Assembly (NCBI GenBank): GCA_963836285.1 | Contig: CAWIIN010000001.1 | Span: 482,080-546,079, forward strand | From: an uncultured Acidobacteriota bacterium | GTDB taxonomy: Bacteria; Acidobacteriota; Thermoanaerobaculia; UBA5066 | Direction of reading: 5' to 3' | DNA: 64,000 nucleotides | Shown: piece by piece, positions 45,325-59,790 of the stretch | Layout of the letters: every line of letters starts with the position of its first letter | Numbering within the stretch: position 1 is the first letter of the stretch | Notes under the pieces: generated by a model | What the model was told of the DNA's origin: nothing | Database searches by the model: none | Seen by the model: the letters and a program-made list of their open reading frames with translations, nothing else | Translations under genes and position numbers: made by a program

Positions 45325-47088
45325 TTAGCGCGCGAAGAGCGCGTCGCGGCTCGTCTTCGGAAACTCCCTCAGGCGCCGCTCCGGCGGCGCGACGCCCTGG
45401 GGCTCGACGAGCGCCATCCCCCGGTCCCCGGTCCTGACCCAGTAGCGGAACGCGCGCAGCGCGGTGTCGTAGGAGCGGTCGTCGCCGCCTTCCTCGACGT
45501 AGCGGCGGATTTCCTCGGCGGCGGCCTCCGGTCCGAGCTCCCCTTCCGCGAGCGTCGCGTACACGAGCGTGTCCGAGAAACGGTGGCGCGCGTCGTAGAT
45601 CGTCGACGGGAGGAGGGGCACGAGGGACAGCACCACGGCCGGCGCGGCGAGAAGCATCGCGGCTCTCCAGTTGTGTCGTCGAATTTCTCCGAGTGTGAAG
45701 AGAAGGAAGAGCCCGGCGCCGAGGGCCAGCGGCCCGGCAACGGCAACGCGGTATCGGGACGTCGTCTGGACGAGGAGACACGCCGCGAGCGGCGTGAGGA
45801 TCCCGACGAATGCCAACAGCCCTTCCTCCTTTCTCAGAACGCCGCGCGACAGCGCCGCGCAGATCCCGACTCCCCCGATTCCCAGCAGGCACGGAAAGAC
45901 CGGGAGCATCCTCAGGATCTTCAATCGGTCCCTGAAAAAGTAGAAGTTCGCATTGTCCGGGACCTCGAAGACGTTGAAGAACGTCGCGAGCTTTTTCAGG
46001 AAGAGCTTCGGGAGCTCGAGCGGCGTCTCCCGGTAGCCCGCGAGGACGAGCTTCGCGGTCTTCCACGTCGATCCGCCCGCTTCCTCCAGGATCTCCTTCA
46101 TCCCGGGAGGCGGGTTCGTCGTCGCGTCGGCGCCGAAGCCGTTCCCCCAGGCGAGGCCGATCGCCTGCCGCGTGTCGAACGTGAGCGGCGGGACGCCGGC
46201 GGAGACGTTCCGCACGGCGAGGACGCCGAGCGGCATCGCGAGGCCGAGGAAGCCCGAAGCCACGGCCAGAGAGCGGCGGCGAACGCCGCCGCCCGGGGAT
46301 TTCTTTGAAAGTGAATAGAGAGAGAAAAGCGCAAGGGGGAGGACCGTCTGCTTCATGAGGGTCGCCGCGCCGCCGAGCAGGCCGAGCGCGAAGGCGCCCC
46401 ACGCCGCGCGCATCGATCTCCCGCGATCCCCGCTCGAAGAAACCCCTTCGTGCTCATCGGACCTGGCCCGCGAGACGAGCGGCAGCGCGACGAGAAGCGT
46501 CGACAGGTGCGCGACGGGACCGTCGCGGTAGAGGAAGAAGTCGTGGAAGACGAGCGGGCCGTAGCCGCCGTAGAGGATGCCCGCGGCGACGGCGCACCAC
46601 GCGGCGACACGAAGCGATCGGTCGTCGACCGGCGCGCCGCCCCTCTTATCCTTTCCAAGAAAATCTTCTCCGACTCTTTGAACTGCCGCCGCGAGAACGG
46701 CCGAGGCGACGCACGCCAGCAGCATCTGCAGCAATCTCGCGGGCAGGAACGGCGACCCGAAGATCTTCCGGAGGACCGCGAGGCCGTACGGATACAGCGG
46801 TCCGGCGTAGTACGCGTTTTTCTGGTACCAGCGCTCCCACGTCTCCGGAGGACCGTACTCCCGCTGCCAGTTGAAATACGCGCGGTAAGCCGGGACGTCG
46901 GCCCAGTTCCCCGCGGCGAGCCGCGCCGACCACTCGACGTACGCGTGCTCGTCCGTTTCCGTCCAGAGGTACCACGACGCGAGCGGTGTCGCGAGAAGCG
47001 ATGCGAGCGCCGCCGCCCGCAGCGCGAAGACGAACGCGAACGCGGCGAGCGGCGCCGCGACGCGCGCGCGGGACGGGAGCGACGGCAC
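45325..47088 (-). CDS. polytopic membrane glycosyltransferase (GT39/ArnT-PMT-like) with a C-terminal soluble region; carries repeat-element arms in frame
   Basis: 587 aa with many TM helices. The N-terminal motif region is ETDEHAYVEWSARLAAGNW..GPLYPYGL, typical of ArnT-like enzymes. Confidence 0.65.
   Translation of the reverse strand: MPSLPSRARVAAPLAAFAFVFALRAAALASLLATPLASWYLWTETDEHAYVEWSARLAAGNWADVPAYRAYFNWQREYGPPETWERWYQKNAYYAGPLYPYGLAVLRKIFGSPFLPARLLQMLLACVASAVLAAAVQRVGEDFLGKDKRGGAPVDDRSLRVAAWCAVAAGILYGGYGPLVFHDFFLYRDGPVAHLSTLLVALPLVSRARSDEHEGVSSSGDRGRSMRAAWGAFALGLLGGAATLMKQTVLPLALFSLYSLSKKSPGGGVRRRSLAVASGFLGLAMPLGVLAVRNVSAGVPPLTFDTRQAIGLAWGNGFGADATTNPPPGMKEILEEAGGSTWKTAKLVLAGYRETPLELPKLFLKKLATFFNVFEVPDNANFYFFRDRLKILRMLPVFPCLLGIGGVGICAALSRGVLRKEEGLLAFVGILTPLAACLLVQTTSRYRVAVAGPLALGAGLFLLFTLGEIRRHNWRAAMLLAAPAVVLSLVPLLPSTIYDARHRFSDTLVYATLAEGELGPEAAAEEIRRYVEEGGDDRSYDTALRAFRYWVRTGDRGMALVEPQGVAPPERRLREFPKTSRDALFAR
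46297..46446. repeat. inverted-repeat element, copy 11 (in frame inside the GT39-like CDS)
   Basis: The left arm is GGATTTCTTTGAAAGTGAATAGAGAGAGAAAAG (46297..46329). The right arm is TCCCCGCTCGAAGAAACCCC (46427..46446). Confidence 0.65.
46640..46671. repeat. solo right arm inside the GT39-like CDS
   Basis: CCCCTCTTATCCTTTCCAAGAAAATCTTCTCC. Confidence 0.6.
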
Positions 47089-47145
47089 GCCGGATTCTAG
47101 GCGCGCGACGCTCGCGGGGAGGGCAACTCACTCTCAGGCTCGATC

Positions 47146-47154
47146 TGGTAAATT
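47146..47154 (+). promoter_or_regulatory. candidate extended -10 (TGgTAAATT) upstream of actA
   Basis: An AT-rich motif 14 nt upstream of the actA ATG. No clear -35 element was seen. Confidence 0.25.
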
Positions 47155-47167
47155 CCCGGCCCTCCGA

Positions 47168-47820
47168 ATGCCGCAGATCTTCAACCGGTCGACGAACGCC
47201 ATCGCGCGGATTTCCATCTGGGGCGCCGTGTTCATTCTCACGGGCGTCGCCTGGGCGGCGTCCGTCCTGAACCGCTCGGCCTACAACACGAACCAGGGCG
47301 TCGCGATCAAGCAGCCGATTCCATTCGCGCACGAACACCACGTCGGGGGCCTCGGGATCGACTGCCGCTACTGCCACGCGTCGGTCGAGAAGAGCTCCAC
47401 GGCCAGCATCCCGCCGACGGCGACCTGCATCAACTGCCACAAGCTCATCTGGAACGACAGCCCGATGCTCGAGCCCGTGCGCGAGAGCTTCCGGACCGGG
47501 AAGCGGCTGAACTGGGCGAAGGTCTACGACCTGCCGGACTTCGTCTATTTCGACCACAGCATCCACGTGAACAAGGGGATCGGCTGCGTCACGTGCCACG
47601 GCCGCGTGGACCGGATGCGGCTGACCTACCAGTACCCGTCGCTGCAGATGGAGTGGTGCACCGGATGCCACCGAGACCCGGAGAAGTACCTCCGCCCGAA
47701 GGACAGGATTTTCGACCTCGCGTGGAAGGCCGACGACCAGGCCGCCCTCGGCGCCGCCCTGAGGAAGGAGTACGGGATCCGCTCCTCCTACGCCCTCACG
47801 AACTGCAGCACGTGCCACCG

Positions 47821-47824
<4 letters not shown>
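47168..47824 (+). CDS. actA: alternative complex III subunit ActA (pentaheme cytochrome c)
   Basis: 218 aa with an N-terminal TM helix. There are five CxxCH motifs: CRYCH, CINCH, CVTCH, CTGCH and CSTCH. Confidence 0.85.
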
Positions 47825-50769
<2,945 letters not shown>

Positions 50770-50964
50770 CGAGAGAAGAGCGAGAGACGAAAGAGATGAG
50801 GAAAGAAGAGGGGAAGAGAGATTTTCTTCTGAAGGGAATGGGGCGGGAGTCGCGCCGCGGCTCGCGACGCGCGGCGGTGCCGCCCTCTTCCCCTTCTAAG
50901 AGAATCCCCGGTCTCCCCTCTTCACCTTCTCAGAGATTCTTCTCTTCTCCTTTCTTCGTCTCCG
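50770..50964. repeat. inverted-repeat element, copy 12 (fills the actB-actC spacer; two right arms)
   Basis: A ~50-nt polypurine tract precedes the left arm GAGATTTTCTTCTGAAGGGAATGGGG (50818..50843). The right arms are CCCTCTTCCCCTTCTAAGAGAATCCCC (50883..50909) and CCCCTCTTCACCTTCTCAGAGATTC plus a polypyrimidine tract (50916..50964). Confidence 0.9.
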
Positions 50965-50977
50965 GGGGTCTGTTCTG

Positions 50978-52347
<1,370 letters not shown>

Positions 52348-52351
<4 letters not shown>

Positions 52352-52962
52352 GCTTCCTCTCGCGGTTCTTCCCGCGCCACGTCGCGCCCGGGTTCGGGAC
52401 GCCGGGCCCGCGCGAGGGCGGCGGCAACCTCCCGCCGCACCTCTACGGCGTCATCGCCGAGTTCGCGGGCGCGCCCGCCCTCGTCCAGGCCGTGCACCGG
52501 GCCCGCGCGGAGGGCTACGTCGTCATGGAGGCCTACACGCCGTATCCCATCGAGGAGCTGAACGACGCGATCGGGCACGGCCCGTCGCGCGTGCCGCTCC
52601 TCGTCCTGGTCGGCGGGATCCTCGGGTGCCTCGGCGGCTTCTTCCTCCAGTACTGGACCGCGGCGATCGCGTACCCCGTGAACGTCGGCGGGCGCCCTCC
52701 GAACAGCTGGGTCGCCTTCATCCCGATCACGTTCGAGTGCACGATCCTCGGGGCGGGGATCGCCGCGGTCCTCGGGATGCTCATCCTGAACGGCCTCCCG
52801 ATGCCGTTCCACCCGGTCTTCGGCGTGGACCGGTTCCAGCTCGCGTCCCGCGACCGCTACTTCCTCATGATCCTCGCGCGGGACCCGAAATTCCGGGCCG
52901 GAGACACGTTCCGCTTCATGGAGACGCTCGGCGGCGTCCACGTGCAGGACGTGGAGGACTGA
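52348..52962 (+). CDS. actD: alternative complex III subunit ActD (DUF3341)
   Basis: A GTG at 52348 overlaps the actC stop (GTGA). The protein reads LYGVIAEFAGAPALVQAVHRARAEGYVVMEAYTPYPIEEL and has two TM helices. Confidence 0.85.
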
Positions 52963-53711
52963 TGCGCCGCGCGCTCCTCCCCCTCGTCGCGCTCGCTCTC
53001 GCCGGCTGCCGCAACGACATGCACGACCAGGCGAAGACGAAGCCTCTTCGCGAGTCGCCGTTCTTCGCGGACCACGCGTCGGCCCGGCCCCTGCCCGAGG
53101 GCGTCGTCGCGCGGGGCTTCCTTCGCGCCGACGCGGTCCTCTACCGCGGCCTCGGCCCGGACGGGAAGTTCGTCCTCGACCTCCCGGTTCCCGTCACGAG
53201 GCCACTTCTCCTCCGCGGGCGCGAGCGCTTCGACGTCTACTGCTCGCCCTGCCACGGGCGCGCGGGCGACGGCCAGGGAATGATCGTCCAGCGCGGCTTC
53301 AAGAACCCGAGCACGTTCCACGTCGACCGACTCAGGAACGAGCGCGCCGGCTACTTCTTCGACGTCATGACGAACGGCTTCGGCCAGATGTCGAGCTACG
53401 CCTCGCAGGTCGCGCCGGAGGACCGCTGGGCGATCGTCGCCTGGATCCGCACGCTGCAGGCCTCACAGGACATGCCGAGAGAATTTCTTGCTAAAGACGA
53501 CGAAGGGAAGCTCGAGGCGAAAACGGCAAGCGGCGAGGCAGGGGCCATGGCGCAGAAGAGTTCCTTAGAAGGTGACAGCGGGGTAACGGCCGCGCACCCG
53601 GCCCCCGGCGCGGCTCCGGCGGCGCCCGGGCCCTCTTCACCTTCTAAGAAATCTTTCTCTTCATCTTCGTCTTCCCCTTCCTCGTCCTCTCCTCCGAGCA
53701 AGACGCAATGA
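52962..53711 (+). CDS. actE: alternative complex III subunit ActE (monoheme cytochrome c lipoprotein) with an ~80-codon repeat-element-encoded tail
   Basis: It has the lipobox LALAGC and a single CSPCH heme motif. The conserved body ends near ..WAIVAWIRTLQASQ (~53470). The ORF then stays open through the repeat element to a stop that overlaps the actF ATG. Confidence 0.8.
   Translation: MRRALLPLVALALAGCRNDMHDQAKTKPLRESPFFADHASARPLPEGVVARGFLRADAVLYRGLGPDGKFVLDLPVPVTRPLLLRGRERFDVYCSPCHGRAGDGQGMIVQRGFKNPSTFHVDRLRNERAGYFFDVMTNGFGQMSSYASQVAPEDRWAIVAWIRTLQASQDMPREFLAKDDEGKLEAKTASGEAGAMAQKSSLEGDSGVTAAHPAPGAAPAAPGPSSPSKKSFSSSSSSPSSSSPPSKTQ
53478..53695. repeat. inverted-repeat element, copy 13 (between the actE body and actF; two left arms)
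   Basis: A left-arm-like sequence, GAGAATTTCTTGCTAAAGACGACGAAGGG, lies at 53478..53506. The left arm GAAGAGTTCCTTAGAAGGTGACAGCGGGG is at 53555..53583. The right arm GGGCCCTCTTCACCTTCTAAGAAATC plus a polypyrimidine tract is at 53628..53695. Confidence 0.9.
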
Positions 53712-54922
53712 CCGAAACTCACCCGCAGAAGGCTCTCGTCGCGTCCGACTGGGCGCCCCCCGCCGCCGATCTCGCGCGCGTCGGGCGCCGCGCGCTCGCG
53801 GTCGGCGTCGTCTTCGCCGCGGCTTCCCTCGCGGGGTTCGTCGCGAACCCCGCCCAGTTCTACCGCTCGTACCTCGTCGCCTTCGCGCTCGTGCTCGGCG
53901 TGACGCTCGGCTCGCTCGCGGTCTCGATGCTCCACCACATGTCGCACGGGGCCTGGGGCCTGATCATCCGGCGCATCCTCGAGGCCTCGTCGCGGACGCT
54001 GCCCCTCGTCGCGCTCTTCGCGGTCCCGCTCGTCTTCGGCTTCCGCCACGTCTACCCGTGGGCCGACTCCGCGCGCGTCGCGGGCGACGAGATCCTGCGC
54101 CACCGCGCGGCGTACATGAACCCGACAGGCGTCGTCGTGCGCCTCGCGCTCTGCCTCGCCGTGTTGACGTTCTTCGCGCTCGCCCTGAGCCGGCTCTCGA
54201 AGCGCCAGGACGACGCTCCCTCGGCGGGCCTCGAGCGCCGCATGCAGCTCATCGCGGCGCCGGGCCTCGCGATCTACTGTCTCCTCATCACCGTCGTCGC
54301 GATCGACCTCCTCATGTCGACGGACGCGCACTGGTACTCGGCGATCTACGGGATTTACGTCGTCGGGGGCCAGGCGATCGCCGGGATGGCATTCACCCTC
54401 CTCGCGGCGCTCACGCTCGCGCGACGCGGGCCGTTCCGGAGCGCCGTCCAGGACCGCCACGTGCACGACTGGGGCAAGCTCCTGTTCGCCTTCACGATGC
54501 TCTGGGCGTACTTCGCCGTCTCGCAGCTCATCATCGTCTGGTCGGGCGACCTCCCGGAGGAGATCACGTTCTACAAGGCGCGCGTGAATGGCGGCTGGCT
54601 CGCCGTCTCGCTCGTCCTCGCGCTCTTCCAGTTCGTCGTCCCGTTCTTCTTCCTCCTCTCGGCAAACCTCAAGAAGAACCTCGGGAAGCTCTCGGCCGTC
54701 GCGCTCCTTCTCCTCGTCATGCGCGGCGTGGACCTCTTCTGGCTCGTCGCGCCCGCCTACCACCCGGAGGGCTTCTCGATCCACTGGCTCGACCTCGCCG
54801 TTCCCGTCGCCCTCATGGCGCTCTGGATCGCCGCGTTCGTGCGCGAGCTCGGGAAACGCCCGCTCCTCCCCGTGAACGACCCGAACCTGCCGGTCGCGAT
54901 GGAGGTGCACGCGCATGGCTGA
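53708..54922 (+). CDS. actF: alternative complex III subunit ActF (NrfD-like membrane subunit)
   Basis: 404 aa polytopic protein at the position after actE. An ATGA overlap joins the two genes. Confidence 0.85.
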   Translation: MTETHPQKALVASDWAPPAADLARVGRRALAVGVVFAAASLAGFVANPAQFYRSYLVAFALVLGVTLGSLAVSMLHHMSHGAWGLIIRRILEASSRTLPLVALFAVPLVFGFRHVYPWADSARVAGDEILRHRAAYMNPTGVVVRLALCLAVLTFFALALSRLSKRQDDAPSAGLERRMQLIAAPGLAIYCLLITVVAIDLLMSTDAHWYSAIYGIYVVGGQAIAGMAFTLLAALTLARRGPFRSAVQDRHVHDWGKLLFAFTMLWAYFAVSQLIIVWSGDLPEEITFYKARVNGGWLAVSLVLALFQFVVPFFFLLSANLKKNLGKLSAVALLLLVMRGVDLFWLVAPAYHPEGFSIHWLDLAVPVALMALWIAAFVRELGKRPLLPVNDPNLPVAMEVHAHG

Positions 54923-55346
54923 GCCCCGCGGACCGGGCGCCCCTCACGGCGGCCCCATCGACTCCGAGCTCAACTTCAAGGGGATCTTCGGCTTCGTCGG
55001 CGGGCTCGCCCTCGTCTGCGCGGTTGCCTTCGCCCTCATGTGGGGCCTCGCCGTGCTGGAGAAGAAGCGCCTCGAGGGCCAGGACGCGCCGCCGCCCGTT
55101 CTCGCCGAAGCCCGGGCGAAGAGCGTCCCTCAGGGTCCGATCCTGCAGAGCGACCCCGAGCGGGACCTCAGGACGCTCCGAACCCGCGAGGAGGCGGTCC
55201 TGTCCGGGTGGGGCTGGACCGACGCCGCACGAACCCACGCCCGCGTTCCCGTCGACCGCGCTCTCGAGATCGTCGCCGCGAGAGGTTTCCCTCCTCGCAC
55301 CGCGCCTCCGCCCGCGGCCGCTCCCGCTCCCGAGGTGAAGAAGTGA
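54915..55346 (+). CDS. single-pass membrane protein in the ActG position
   Basis: 143 aa with one TM helix (FGFVGGLALVCAVAFALMWGLAV). It overlaps both neighbouring genes. Confidence 0.5.
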   Translation: MAEPRGPGAPHGGPIDSELNFKGIFGFVGGLALVCAVAFALMWGLAVLEKKRLEGQDAPPPVLAEARAKSVPQGPILQSDPERDLRTLRTREEAVLSGWGWTDAARTHARVPVDRALEIVAARGFPPRTAPPPAAAPAPEVKK

Positions 55347-56176
55347 TCCGAACCGTCTCCGGCGCGATCGTCGTTGCCCTCGCCCTCCATGCGGGCAGCC
55401 TTCGCGCGGGCGCGCCCGGCGCTCCGGCCGTCGACGCGCCGCTCCCGACGCCTCCCCTGAAGGACATCGGCTTCGACCAGAAGATCGGCGACGGCGTTCC
55501 GCTCGATCTCGCGTTCCGCGACGAGGCCGACAGGATCGTGCACCTGCGCGACTATCTCGGCCGCCGGCCGGTCATCCTGTCCCTCGTCTACTTCAACTGC
55601 CCGATGCTCTGCGGCATGACGACCGACGGCCTCGTCCGGAGCCTGCGCGCCCTGCGTCTCTCCGTCGGGTCCGACTTCGACGTCCTCTCCGTGAGCTTCG
55701 ACCCGCGCGAGACGTCCGAGATGGCCTCCGCGAAGAAGGGCCCCGTCGTCCGCCAGTACGGACGCGCGGGCGGCGCGGAAGGCTGGCACTTTCTGACCGG
55801 CGACAAGGCGTCGATCGACGCGCTCACGAAGGCCGTCGGGTTCCGATACGTCTGGGACGCCGAGCAGAAGCAGTTCGCGCACGCGACCGGAATCCTCGTC
55901 CTGACGCCCCGGGGGCGGATCGCGCGCTACTTCTTCGGGATCGAGTACCCGGCCAAGGACGTCCGCCTCGGGCTCGTCGAGGCGTCCGAGGAGAGGCTCG
56001 GCAACGTCGTCGACCAGCTCCTCCTCCTTTGCTATCACTACGACCCGAAGGCGGGCCGGTACACGGCCACGGTGCAGAACATCGTGCGCGGCGGGGCCGC
56101 CCTCACGCTCGCGGCCGTGGCGGGCCTCGTCCTCACGCTGCTGCGCCGCGAGAAGCGGCACGCGGGAGACGCCTGA
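55343..56176 (+). CDS. SCO1/SenC family copper chaperone
   Basis: A GTG at 55343 gives a GTGA overlap. It has a thioredoxin fold with the CPMLC motif and the conserved His region [12 protein letters not shown]. There is a C-terminal TM helix. Confidence 0.85.
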   Translation: MIRTVSGAIVVALALHAGSLRAGAPGAPAVDAPLPTPPLKDIGFDQKIGDGVPLDLAFRDEADRIVHLRDYLGRRPVILSLVYFNCPMLCGMTTDGLVRSLRALRLSVGSDFDVLSVSFDPRETSEMASAKKGPVVRQYGRAGGAEGWHFLTGDKASIDALTKAVGFRYVWDAEQKQFAHATGILVLTPRGRIARYFFGIEYPAKDVRLGLVEASEERLGNVVDQLLLLCYHYDPKAGRYTATVQNIVRGGAALTLAAVAGLVLTLLRREKRHAGDA

Positions 56177-57159
56177 TGCCCCGCATGCCCGACAGCCCGC
56201 TCCTGCCGCCGCAGGCCTCGGACGTTGCGCGTTCCGTCGACCACCTCATGCTCTTCGCGCTCTCGGGGCTCGTCTTTTTCTCGGCCCTCATCGCGGTCCT
56301 CGTGCTCGTCTTCATGGTCAAGTACCGGCGCCGGCACGCCGGCGAGACGGGCGTGGACATCTACGAGACGAACCCGAAGGCCTACGTCCTCGAGATCGTC
56401 TGGTCGGTCATCCCCCTCGTCCTCCTCCTCGTCCTGTTCGGGTGGGGAACGAAGGTTTTCTTCGAGCAGAACCGTCCGCCGGCAGGCGCGGCCCAGTACT
56501 GGGTCACGGGCCGGCAGTGGATGTGGAAGATCCAGCATCCGAACGGGCGGCGCGAGATCAACGAGCTCCACGTGCCGGTCGGCCAGGCCATCCAGCTCCG
56601 GATGATCTCCGAGGACGTCATCCACGACTTCTTCGTGCCCGCCTTCCGGATCCACGTGGACGTCCTTCCCTCGCGCTACACGACCTACTGGTTCAAGGCG
56701 AACAAGACCGGCGAGTTCCATCTTTTCTGCGGCCAGTACTGCGGCGCCGAGCACTCGAAGATGGTCGGCAGGGTCGTCGTCATGGAGCCGCGCGAATACG
56801 AGGCGTGGCTCGCGGGCGAGCCGGTCGGCGGCGCGGTCGGCGCGGTCGCCTCCGGGGAGCAGCTGTTCGTCTCGAAGTCGTGCAACACCTGCCACCATCC
56901 GGACAGCTCGGCGCGCGCGCCGATCCTGAACGGCCTCTTCGGCAAGGAGGTCACGCTCCAGGACGGAACGAAGGTCACGGTGAACGAGGACTACGTCCGC
57001 GAGTCGATCCTGAACCCGGCCGCGAAGATCGTGCAGGGCTACCAGCCCGTCATGCCGACGTTCAAGGGGCAGGTCACCGAGGAGGAGCTCATCCAGCTCG
57101 TGAACTACGTGAAAACGCTCAAGGCGCCCGACGCCGGCGCGGCGGAGGCCCGGAAATGA
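56176..57159 (+). CDS. ctaC: cytochrome c oxidase subunit II with fused cytochrome c domain (caa3 type)
   Basis: It has two TM helices and the CuA site [15 protein letters not shown]. The C-terminal CNTCH heme c motif is present. Confidence 0.9.
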   Translation: MPRMPDSPLLPPQASDVARSVDHLMLFALSGLVFFSALIAVLVLVFMVKYRRRHAGETGVDIYETNPKAYVLEIVWSVIPLVLLLVLFGWGTKVFFEQNRPPAGAAQYWVTGRQWMWKIQHPNGRREINELHVPVGQAIQLRMISEDVIHDFFVPAFRIHVDVLPSRYTTYWFKANKTGEFHLFCGQYCGAEHSKMVGRVVVMEPREYEAWLAGEPVGGAVGAVASGEQLFVSKSCNTCHHPDSSARAPILNGLFGKEVTLQDGTKVTVNEDYVRESILNPAAKIVQGYQPVMPTFKGQVTEEELIQLVNYVKTLKAPDAGAAEARK

Positions 57160-58805
57160 CGACGTCCCCGAACACGGCCCTGCCCGTCCAGCCGCCCCGC
57201 ACGCACTACCTCAACGCGGCCTACGGGCTCAAGTCGTGGCTCCTCACGCGCGACCACAAGCGGATCGCGCTTCTCTATCTCGTCTCCGTGAGCATCTTCT
57301 TCGCGCTCGGCGGCCTCATGGCGGTCCTGATCCGCATGGAGCTCGTGACGCCGGAAGGCGACCTGTTCCAGCCGGACATCTACAACCGCCTGTTCACGAT
57401 GCACGGCGTCCTCATGATCTTCTTCTTCCTGATCCCGGGCGTGCCGGCCGTCCTCGGGAACTTCCTGATCCCGCTCATGATCGGCGCGAAGGACCTCGCC
57501 TTCCCGCGCATCAACCTCCTCTCGTGGTACCTGTACACGATCGGAGGCGCCTTCACTCTCTGGGCGCTCCTCCATGGCGGCGTCGACACCGGCTGGACGT
57601 TCTACACGCCGCTCTCGACGAATTACGTGAACACGGCCGTCCTGACGGTGGGCGTCGGCATCTTCATCGCCGGCTTCTCGTCGATCCTCACGGGCCTCAA
57701 CTTCATCGTCACGATCCACAGGATGCGGGCGCCGGGCCTCACGTGGTTCCGTCTGCCTCTCTTCGTGTGGAGCTCGTACGCGACGAGCATCATCCAGATC
57801 CTCGGGACGCCCGTCGTCGCGATCGCGATCCTTCTCGTGGCCGCGGAGCGCGCCCTTCACATCGGCGTCTTCGACCCGAAGCTGGGAGGCGACCCCGTGC
57901 TCTTCCAGCACCTGTTCTGGTTCTACTCGCACCCGGCCGTCTACATCATGATCCTGCCGTCGATGGGCGTCGTCTCCGAGCTCATCGCGACGTTCTCGCG
58001 CAAGCCGATCTTCGGCTACAAGTTCGTCGCGTTCGCTTCGATCGGAATCGCGGTCCTCGGCTTCCTCGTGTGGGGCCATCACATGTTCGTCGCCGGGCAG
58101 TCCATCTACGCGGGCGTCGTCTTCTCGGTCCTCTCGATGCTCGTCGCGGTCCCGTCCGCCGTGAAGGTCTTCAACTGGACGGCGACGCTCTACAAGGGCT
58201 CCATCTCGTGGGACACGCCGATGCTGTACGCCCTCGGCTTCATCGGTCTCTTCACGATCGGCGGCCTCACGGGCGTGATGCTCGCGACGCTCGGGATCGA
58301 CGCGCACGTGCACGATACGTACTTCATCATCGCCCACTTCCACTACATCATGGTCGGCGGCGCGATCATGGGCTACCTCGGGGGCCTTCACTTCTGGTGG
58401 CCGAAGATCACCGGGCGTCTCTATCCCGTCTTCTGGTCGAAGCTCTCGGCCCTCGTCATCTTCATCGGCTTCAACGTCACGTTCTTCCCGCAGTTCATCC
58501 TCGGGTACCTCGGGATGCCCCGGCGGTACCACTCGTACCCGCCGGAGTTCCAGGTCCTGAACGTCATGTCCTCGGCAGGCGCCACGATCCTCGGGCTCGG
58601 CTACCTCATCCCGCTCGTCTACTTCATCTGGTCCATGCGGTACGGCCCGCGGGCGACCGCGAACCCGTGGGGCGCGACCGGTCTCGAGTGGCAGACGACC
58701 TCTCCGCCGCCCGTCGAGAACTTCGCCCACCAACCCGTCGTGACGGCGCCGCCCTACACCTACGTCGCGCCGCCGGTCGGAAGGGAGGTCGCCGATGTCG
58801 TCTGA
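57156..58805 (+). CDS. ctaD: cytochrome c oxidase subunit I
   Basis: 549 aa, highly conserved, with [19 protein letters not shown] and [12 protein letters not shown]. Confidence 0.95.
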   Translation: MTTSPNTALPVQPPRTHYLNAAYGLKSWLLTRDHKRIALLYLVSVSIFFALGGLMAVLIRMELVTPEGDLFQPDIYNRLFTMHGVLMIFFFLIPGVPAVLGNFLIPLMIGAKDLAFPRINLLSWYLYTIGGAFTLWALLHGGVDTGWTFYTPLSTNYVNTAVLTVGVGIFIAGFSSILTGLNFIVTIHRMRAPGLTWFRLPLFVWSSYATSIIQILGTPVVAIAILLVAAERALHIGVFDPKLGGDPVLFQHLFWFYSHPAVYIMILPSMGVVSELIATFSRKPIFGYKFVAFASIGIAVLGFLVWGHHMFVAGQSIYAGVVFSVLSMLVAVPSAVKVFNWTATLYKGSISWDTPMLYALGFIGLFTIGGLTGVMLATLGIDAHVHDTYFIIAHFHYIMVGGAIMGYLGGLHFWWPKITGRLYPVFWSKLSALVIFIGFNVTFFPQFILGYLGMPRRYHSYPPEFQVLNVMSSAGATILGLGYLIPLVYFIWSMRYGPRATANPWGATGLEWQTTSPPPVENFAHQPVVTAPPYTYVAPPVGREVADVV

Positions 58806-59454
58806 GACGCATGGCAGCCTCCCCGACCTCGCCCACCACTTCGACAGCTACGAGCAGCAGAAGGAGTCCGCGACCCTCGGGATGTGGACGTTCCTCGTCA
58901 CGGAGATCCTGTTCTTCGGCGGTCTCTTCGCGGCGTACAGCCTCTACCGCTCGCTCTATCCGGAGGTCTTCCGCGCCGCGAGCCACACGCTGGACATCAG
59001 GCTCGGGACCCTCAACACCGCCATCCTGATCGGCAGCTCGCTCACGATGGCGCTCGCGGTCCGCGGCGGGCAGACCGGCCGGCCGAAGGCGACGTTCGGG
59101 ATGCTTCTCGCGACGCTCGCCCTCGGCTCGACCTTCCTCGCCGTCAAGGCCTTCGAGTACGCCGACAAGTTCCACCACCATCACGTGCCGGGGCCGTCGT
59201 TCCACTTCGAGGGGCCGGATGCGCCGCACGCGCAACTCTTCTTCAGCCTCTACTTCCTCATGACGGGACTCCACGCTCTCCACATGATCATCGGGATCGC
59301 GATCCTCGTCTGGATGCTGCGGCCCGCGTGGCAGGGGGTCTGGACGCCCCGGAACCACAACTTCGTCGAGGGCTTCGGCCTGTACTGGCACTTCGTGGAC
59401 CTGGTCTGGATCTTCCTCTTCCCGCTCCTCTACCTCATCGGACGGCACCACTGA
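58795..59454 (+). CDS. ctaE: cytochrome c oxidase subunit III
   Basis: 219 aa with the motifs [17 protein letters not shown] and [17 protein letters not shown]. Confidence 0.9.
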   Translation: MSSETHGSLPDLAHHFDSYEQQKESATLGMWTFLVTEILFFGGLFAAYSLYRSLYPEVFRAASHTLDIRLGTLNTAILIGSSLTMALAVRGGQTGRPKATFGMLLATLALGSTFLAVKAFEYADKFHHHHVPGPSFHFEGPDAPHAQLFFSLYFLMTGLHALHMIIGIAILVWMLRPAWQGVWTPRNHNFVEGFGLYWHFVDLVWIFLFPLLYLIGRHH

Positions 59455-59780
59455 TGGCCGACACGCACGATTCCGCCTCGTCGTCCACGCACGTGATGCC
59501 CGTCTCGACGTACCTCCTCGTGTTCCTCGCGCTCCTCGGCTTCACGGCGCTCACGGTCGCGGCGGCCTACGTGGACCTCGGCTGGGCGAACAACGCGGTC
59601 GCGCTCGGGATCGCGATCACGAAAGCGACGCTCGTGGTCCTCTTCTTCATGCACGTGAAGGAGAACTCGCGGCTCATCCCGGCCGTGATCTTCTCCGGCC
59701 TCTTCATGCTCCTCCTCCTCCTCGTGAACCTGCTCGCGGACTACGGCACGCGCGGCTGGCTCGGGGTCGAGGGGCGCTAG
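59454..59780 (+). CDS. cytochrome c oxidase subunit IV (prokaryotic CtaF/CoxD-like)
   Basis: From the ATG at 59454 the protein is 108 aa. It has three TM helices and the motif KATLVVLFFMHVK. Confidence 0.75.
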   Translation: MADTHDSASSSTHVMPVSTYLLVFLALLGFTALTVAAAYVDLGWANNAVALGIAITKATLVVLFFMHVKENSRLIPAVIFSGLFMLLLLLVNLLADYGTRGWLGVEGR

Positions 59781-59790
59781 GTCGGACCGC

